A stretch of 32,006 nt of DNA, taken from a virus (taxonomy: Duplodnaviria > Caudoviricetes). Positions 27,142 through 32,006 of this stretch are shown here, piece by piece. Both the position numbers and the translations under genes were made by a program. Position 1 is the stretch's first letter, and the number at the start of each line of letters is the position of its first letter. The notes under the pieces are model-generated. The model did no database searches and had not been told where the DNA came from. It worked only from the letters and a program-made list of their open reading frames with translations. The stretch covers positions 1 through 32,006 of IMG/VR virus record IMGVR_UViG_3300025382_000030. One strand, 5' to 3'.

Positions 27142-27570
27142 TTGAAAGGTCAGTTTTCTCCCCAAAATCCACAAAAATATAATGGTAATCCTTGTAATAT
27201 AATTTATAGAAGTTCTTGGGAATTGAAAATGTTTATGTTTTTGGACACAGATCCAAGAATATTAAAATGGTCTTCAGAAGAAATTTTTATACCGTATAGA
27301 TCACCAAAAGATAATAAAATACACAGATATTTTCCTGATATAATTTATACAACCGTTGATAAAAAAACAATAATGGTTGAGATAAAACCTTTCAAACAAA
27401 CAAACCCACCAAATGCTCCAAAAGATACTAAAGGAAAAAGAAGATATATAACAGAAGTTATGACTTATGGTGTGAATCAAGCAAAATGGGCAGCGGCACA
27501 AGAATATTGCGCTGATAGAGGATGGGAATTCAAAATAATAACTGAGAATGAATTAGGTATCAAATATTGA
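27142..27570 (+). CDS. gp4: Head completion nuclease gp4 (TnsA-like PD-(D/E)xK fold), TTG start
   Basis: G.F.P.NP.KY.G....I.YRSSWE, WSSEE..IPY.SP.D...HRYFPD, EIKP..QT..P, N.AKW.AA..YC...GW.F.I.TE. Confidence 0.93.
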   Translation: MKGQFSPQNPQKYNGNPCNIIYRSSWELKMFMFLDTDPRILKWSSEEIFIPYRSPKDNKIHRYFPDIIYTTVDKKTIMVEIKPFKQTNPPNAPKDTKGKRRYITEVMTYGVNQAKWAAAQEYCADRGWEFKIITENELGIKY

Positions 27571-27578
27571 TATAAATA
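27571..27578 (+). promoter_or_regulatory. T4-type late promoter TATAAATA
   Basis: Exact consensus immediately after the gp4 stop, about 22 nt upstream of the gp2 ATG (SD AGGA). Confidence 0.8.
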
Positions 27579-27600
27579 ATACATCATGATAGGAAATTAA

Positions 27601-28206
27601 ATGGCAGCTTTCAGAGAACTAATAGTAAAAAGATCGGGTCTTGATGCAAGAAAAGACCAGAATAAGTCTATGGATTGGTTTCGTGAGAAAGCTCTTCAGA
27701 TAAAAAAAGTTAATACTGCAGCTTTAATTGATACTTCAGAGCCATTTAAACGGGTTGTTACTCTTTCAGAAACGTCTATTGGCAAAATGTATATGTTTAC
27801 TTATGATGCCAAATTAAAACATAAATTGCCTTTTTGGGACGTATACCCTTTAATATTTCCTATAAATTATTATGGTGATTCGTTTCTTGGGATAAATTTA
27901 CATTATTTATCAATTCATCCAAGAATTGCTTTGCTTGATGCTCTTATGACTGAAACTATAAATAATGATAAAATGAATAAGACAACAAAATTGAAAATTT
28001 CATATGAGATTTTAAATGGTTCAGCTCAATTATCAGCATTTAAACCTTGTGTGAAAAAATATTTATTTGATCACGTTAAATCTAATTTTTTGTATATATC
28101 TCCTGACGAATGGTGGTTAGCAGCTTCTTTACCAACACAAAGATTCGTTAGTGAGCAAGGTGGAAGATCGCAAACAACAGTCTCTTCAACCAGGGTATGG
28201 GATTAA
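27601..28206 (+). CDS. gp2: DNA end protector protein gp2
   Basis: S..WF, GKMY.F.YDAK.K..LP.WD.YPL, FLGINLHYL....R..LL, PC.K.YL..HV and W..A..LP...F. Confidence 0.93.
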   Translation: MAAFRELIVKRSGLDARKDQNKSMDWFREKALQIKKVNTAALIDTSEPFKRVVTLSETSIGKMYMFTYDAKLKHKLPFWDVYPLIFPINYYGDSFLGINLHYLSIHPRIALLDALMTETINNDKMNKTTKLKISYEILNGSAQLSAFKPCVKKYLFDHVKSNFLYISPDEWWLAASLPTQRFVSEQGGRSQTTVSSTRVWD

Positions 28207-29018
28207 TGCCGTTTAATATAGACACATTTAAAAGTTCAGTAGCACAAGAAGGTATTTTAAGAAATAACCGTTTTGATGTTATTATCAATCCTCCTGCAAT
28301 ATTGCAAGGATCTATTATTGTTAATGGTGCTGGTGGTGTATCTACTGGTGATATGTCAAAATTAATTAAATTTCGTGCCGAACAATTTAAGGCTCCTGGT
28401 ATTACATTAGATACAAAAAATGCATATCGTTATGGCATGGGTCCATATCAAAAGATGCCATATAGTGGTTCGTACACAGACAATTCAATAACATTTCTTT
28501 CTGATGGTTATGGAAATATGTGGAACTTTTGGTATCAATGGATTGATTCTATATTTAATTTTGCTGGAAATGATAGTGCATCAGGTTCATCAATTGGTGG
28601 ATTTAATTCACTACCATCATATCAAATAGAATATAAAGACAAATATGCAACTCAAATGTCTGTTATAATATACAATGAAATGGGCCAATCCGTTCAAACA
28701 ATTAATATGTATGATGCATATCCAATATCAATAAATGATGTTGAATTAAATTGGGGAACAAAAAATCAACCTTTAAGACTTGTTGTCGGTATTTCATTCA
28801 AAGAATTTACCATTGAAAAGTCAACTGTTTCTGGAAATTATAATCCATCAAATGAGACTCCAAGTCAAATATTCAATAATATTGGAAGAAATGCATCTGC
28901 AGGGGCAGTAAACGGTGTTCCTGGAACTGCTTTACAATCACAATTATCAACACAAAACTTTTTACAAAGTCAAGGAGTTAATGTTGGTAATCCAAATCCA
29001 CCAATAGCTAATCCGTAA
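28206..29018 (+). CDS. Tail tube initiator gp54 / gp19-family tube-like protein
   Basis: FNI..FK...G..RNNRF.V, PG..L, K.PY, F..W...I, Y...Y and YP..I....L.W motifs; likely start is ATG 28206, overlapping the gp2 stop (TAATG). Confidence 0.75.
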   Translation: MPFNIDTFKSSVAQEGILRNNRFDVIINPPAILQGSIIVNGAGGVSTGDMSKLIKFRAEQFKAPGITLDTKNAYRYGMGPYQKMPYSGSYTDNSITFLSDGYGNMWNFWYQWIDSIFNFAGNDSASGSSIGGFNSLPSYQIEYKDKYATQMSVIIYNEMGQSVQTINMYDAYPISINDVELNWGTKNQPLRLVVGISFKEFTIEKSTVSGNYNPSNETPSQIFNNIGRNASAGAVNGVPGTALQSQLSTQNFLQSQGVNVGNPNPPIANP

Positions 29019-29038
29019 TTAAATAAGTGGAGTATATT

Positions 29039-29746
29039 ATGTTACCTAAAATTCAATATCCTATTAATTCTATTATGATTCCATCAACAAAGAAACCAGC
29101 AAGGTTTAGACCTTTTCTTGTTCGTGAAGAGAAAATGCTTTTAATGGCAAAAGAGGCCAATACAGATACTGATATTCTTCAGGCAATCAAACAGGTAGTT
29201 AACAATTGTGCTGTGGATGATAAATTTGATATTGATAGACTTACAATTTTTGATCTTGAATATATATTTTTAAAACTTCGTGCAATGTCAGTGGATAATA
29301 AAATTAAAGTTACATATAAGGATTATGAAGATAATAAAACATATGATTTTGATATTGATTTAAATGAAATAGAAGTAGAATTTCCTAAAAATAATGACAA
29401 TAATATTAAAATAACTGATAAGTCTGGTATTCTTCTTAAATATCCTTCGGCAAGTCTATATGATGATAAAGAATTTTTAAATTCAGATAAAGAATATCTT
29501 TTTGAATTAATTGTTAGATGTATTGATAAAATTTATGAAAATGAAGATGTTTTTGAGTCTAAAGATTATACTATTAAAGATTTAAGAGATTTTATTGAAA
29601 ATATTGATGTTAAAACTTTTGATAAAATTAGAGATTTTTTAATTAATTTACCAAAAATTAAACATATTATTAAATATAAGAATTCATTAGATCATGACAG
29701 GGAAATTGAGTTAAATTCGTTAAATGATTTTTTTTCGTTGCGCTGA
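29039..29746 (+). CDS. gp26: Baseplate hub assembly protein gp26
   Basis: MLPKI..P...IPST....FRPFLVREEK.LLMA.E, L..FD.EYIFL.LRA.SV, LKYP and a terminal L.DFF; SD GGAG 6 nt before ATG 29039. Confidence 0.88.
   Translation: MLPKIQYPINSIMIPSTKKPARFRPFLVREEKMLLMAKEANTDTDILQAIKQVVNNCAVDDKFDIDRLTIFDLEYIFLKLRAMSVDNKIKVTYKDYEDNKTYDFDIDLNEIEVEFPKNNDNNIKITDKSGILLKYPSASLYDDKEFLNSDKEYLFELIVRCIDKIYENEDVFESKDYTIKDLRDFIENIDVKTFDKIRDFLINLPKIKHIIKYKNSLDHDREIELNSLNDFFSLR
29728..29735 (+). other. Candidate -1 slippery site (T8; T TTT TTT in the gp26 frame)
   Basis: GAT TTT TTT TCG TTG CGC TGA in the gp26 frame; the -1 frame opens exactly here, after TGA 29725-29727. Confidence 0.7.
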
Positions 29747-29922
29747 CCCATAATACACTAGATAATTATTATTCTACAGTGTTTTCTTTGGTTCAGCATC
29801 ATAAGTATTCTTTGGATGAAATTGAAAATTTAATACCATTTGAAAGAGATTTATATGTTACTATGTTGGCTAATTATATAAAAGATCAAGAAGAAAAAAT
29901 AAGAGCAAGACAACAAAGGTAA
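29728..29922 (+). CDS. gp51: gp51-like baseplate hub assembly catalyst reading frame; no proper start, probably reached by -1 frameshift from gp26
   Basis: Hand translation FFFVALTHNTLDNYYSTVFSLVQHHKYSLDEIENLIPFERDLYVTMLANYIKDQEEKIRARQQR* carries the gp51 motif NYY...F.L.QHHKYSL.E.E...P.ER..Y; not in the ORF track. Confidence 0.85.
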   Translation, partial: FFFVALTHNTLDNYYSTVFSLVQHHKYSLDEIENLIPFERDLYVTMLANYIKDQEEKIRARQQR

Positions 29923-29926
29923 TTAA

Positions 29927-32006
29927 ATGTCAGACGAAAGAAAACAACTTCCTTCTAATATGTTTGTCAATGACGCTATATTTGATATTAAAGCAGCAAT
30001 CAATGCTGTTGATGTTAGATCTATTTCTGCTCTTAAAGATTTAACAAATGCTTTTAATTCTAATACTAAAAGAATTAATATATTACAAAAAGAAATTGCC
30101 TCAACAGAAGAAGATGTAAAAGAATTAAGTGCTGCAGTTGAACACAACACTCAAGAAGTAGATAAAATATCAAACTCACAACAAAGAGTTTTACATGAAA
30201 TTCAAAATTTAAGTCGTGATTTTGAAGGACAAATTGAAAAATTAGGAACCAATATTGATGGTAAAATAAGTCAACTTCGTGATGGTATCGAAAAAGTTAA
30301 AGATGAAGTTTCAAAAAATGCTTCTTCTGGTGGTACAAATATTATTCCTATTATGGGAAGAGGTGGCGCTAAAGCGGCAACTACTGGTGCTGCAGTTGTT
30401 GCAAAAGAAGCAACAGTTGCTTCAAAAGCACTTAGTGGAATACCATCTTTGGTTAAAGGTCTTTCAAGAGGAATAGGTGGTCTAATTGCAGGGTTTGCCG
30501 CAAATTTAGGTGAACAATATGCCGAAGCTGCTGGTATGCCAAGACTTGGTGCTGCTTTTGGAATCGGTGGAGATGCATTAACTGGTGCTGCAATAGGTGG
30601 TCTTCTTGGTAGTATCATTCCTGTTCTTGGAACTGCTGCTGGTGCATGGGCAGGTGGTGCGCTTGGAGGTGCATATGGTGCATATGATAAAGGTGGTCAA
30701 TTATTGGGTGGAGAACTATCTCCACAAGTTAAGGCTCTTCAAGAACAGGCACAACAAAGACAAGAAGCACATGATAGAGAACAAGAATCTCTTAAACAAT
30801 TATATAAAGAAAAACCAGAACTAGAAAAGTTTCCTAGAGGTGCAGGAGTTCCACCAGAAGTTATTGCAGAACCTACTTCTGGAGCGCCAGATACAGGAAG
30901 AAAATTACAAGGACCATCTATTCCTTATAAGGAATCAAATGCTTTCTTTGATTCTATAATTAAAGCAGAAGGAACTGGTTCCAAAGGTGGTAATCCTTAT
31001 GATACTTCTCTTGGATATATGAAATCACCAAAGCCATTAACACAAATGACGATGGATGAATCTTTAGCATGGGGAGATCAAATTCGTGTATCTCAGGGAT
31101 TAAATTCTTCTGCCAAGGGCGCTTTCCAAATTGTTAATACAACTCAACGTGCGGCCATGAGAGCACTTGGTCTTAAAGGAAGCGATCCATTCAACGAAGA
31201 AAACCAAAGAAAGATGGCTGCTTGGATTGCACAAAAACAGGGATTAGGTGCTTGGGAAGGGTTTAAATCACATCCAGATCAAAGAGCTATTGCTTCTCAA
31301 TCAATGGAATCTGGATTACATAATCAAACTGCTTCTGTGGTAGAACAACAAACAACAACAAATCCTGTATCACCATTACCAAATGGTGAACAAAAAAATA
31401 ATAATGCAGAAGTTACACCAAATGGTCAAATTCCAAAACAAGCAACACGTGATGAAAAAGCCATAACTGGTAAATCATTAGAAGGTGTTAATCCATCTTT
31501 GGTTAGTGCCTTTATGCAAGCCGCATCAGAATTCAAACAAAGAACAGGACAAATTGTTAATGTAACATCTGCATTAAGATCAAGAGCAGATCAAGAAAGA
31601 TTATGGGCAAATAGATTTAGCAATCCAAATCCTGTTGCTCCACCTGGATCAAGTAATCATGAAAAAGGACTAGCAATTGATGTTAGTTCTTCAACTGCCG
31701 CAGCAATGGAAAAATCTGGTGTGTTATCAAAATATGGATTAGTTAGACCACATTCAACTGATCCTGTTCATATTGAATTAGCTGGTTCTTCAGGTTCTCA
31801 AGATTCAAGTCAATCATCAAAAGGTTCTTCAGCATCATATGGACCACAACAACAAACATTATCATCTCCAATGACACCCCAACAAATACCACAAATGCCA
31901 CAACAACCAATTCCAATGTCACCAATAGGCGGTATGGGAGGCATGGGTGCAATGGGCATGAATCCAATGAGCATGATGGGAATGATGGGCGGTATGGGTG
32001 GTATGG
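29927..32006 (+). CDS. Tape-measure-like (gp29 position) protein with lysozyme/transglycosylase-like and peptidase M15 domains, 3'-truncated
   Basis: Hand translation from ATG 29927 is open to the window end. It shows an N-terminal coiled coil, a Gly/Ala zipper (GAAIGGLLGSIIPVLGTAAGAWAGGALGG), FFDSIIKAEGT...SSAKGAFQIV..T...F..ENQ...W (about 30940-31270), TSALRS..DQ..L...APPGSSNHEKGLAIDV...DPVHIE (about 31480-31780), then a G/M-rich tract. Confidence 0.8.
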   Translation, partial: MSDERKQLPSNMFVNDAIFDIKAAINAVDVRSISALKDLTNAFNSNTKRINILQKEIASTEEDVKELSAAVEHNTQEVDKISNSQQRVLHEIQNLSRDFEGQIEKLGTNIDGKISQLRDGIEKVKDEVSKNASSGGTNIIPIMGRGGAKAATTGAAVVAKEATVASKALSGIPSLVKGLSRGIGGLIAGFAANLGEQYAEAAGMPRLGAAFGIGGDALTGAAIGGLLGSIIPVLGTAAGAWAGGALGGAYGAYDKGGQLLGGELSPQVKALQEQAQQRQEAHDREQESLKQLYKEKPELEKFPRGAGVPPEVIAEPTSGAPDTGRKLQGPSIPYKESNAFFDSIIKAEGTGSKGGNPYDTSLGYMKSPKPLTQMTMDESLAWGDQIRVSQGLNSSAKGAFQIVNTTQRAAMRALGLKGSDPFNEENQRKMAAWIAQKQGLGAWEGFKSHPDQRAIASQSMESGLHNQTASVVEQQTTTNPVSPLPNGEQKNNNAEVTPNGQIPKQATRDEKAITGKSLEGVNPSLVSAFMQAASEFKQRTGQIVNVTSALRSRADQERLWANRFSNPNPVAPPGSSNHEKGLAIDVSSSTAAAMEKSGVLSKYGLVRPHSTDPVHIELAGSSGSQDSSQSSKGSSASYGPQQQTLSSPMTPQQIPQMPQQPIPMSPIGGMGGMGAMGMNPMSMMGMMGGMGGM

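Noticed and set aside
27142-27570. TnsA transposase or mobile element
   Set aside because: The TnsA-like fold here is the conserved T4 gp4 head-completion protein in its usual context next to gp2 and gp48; there are no transposon ends or partner genes.
29923-30824. Short ORFs 29923-30150, 30271-30618, 30279-30476 and 30597-30824
   Set aside because: Shadow or out-of-frame ORFs inside the long plus-strand gene that starts at 29927.
1-32006. tRNA/rRNA genes, introns, inteins, clear rho-independent terminators
   Set aside because: Intergenic gaps are all under 70 nt, and I saw no cloverleaf, Hint motif or strong GC hairpin with a U-tract by eye; a covariance or terminator search was not possible.

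Overview
AT-rich (roughly 30-33% GC by eye) virion morphogenesis region of a large T4-like myophage, with the cyanophage/environmental T4-like baseplate layout. The minus-strand block (27087 to 1) reads: gp48, gp53, gp27-like hub, gp5 split into two genes, gp25, gp6, gp7-like, a gp9/10-anchored fiber with an S74 chaperone, gp8, a DUF4815/VrlC-like protein split into two genes with an S74 domain at the break, four small virion genes, and a fiber running off the left edge. The plus-strand block (27142 to 32006) reads: gp4, gp2, gp54/tube-like, gp26, a gp51-like frame with no start codon, and a tape-measure-like protein carrying lysozyme-like and M15 peptidase domains. T4-type late promoters (TATAAATA) precede several units. 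Top observations: (1) a probable programmed -1 frameshift fusing gp26 to gp51 directly upstream of the tape measure, as in lambda G/GT and P2 E/E'; (2) very dense N-X-S/T sequons in fiber proteins, suggesting virion N-glycosylation; (3) an S74-capped split of the DUF4815 protein; (4) a split, lysozyme-less gp5; (5) module shuffling among structural genes. Family calls come from motif recognition only, with no database search, and all counts are by hand.
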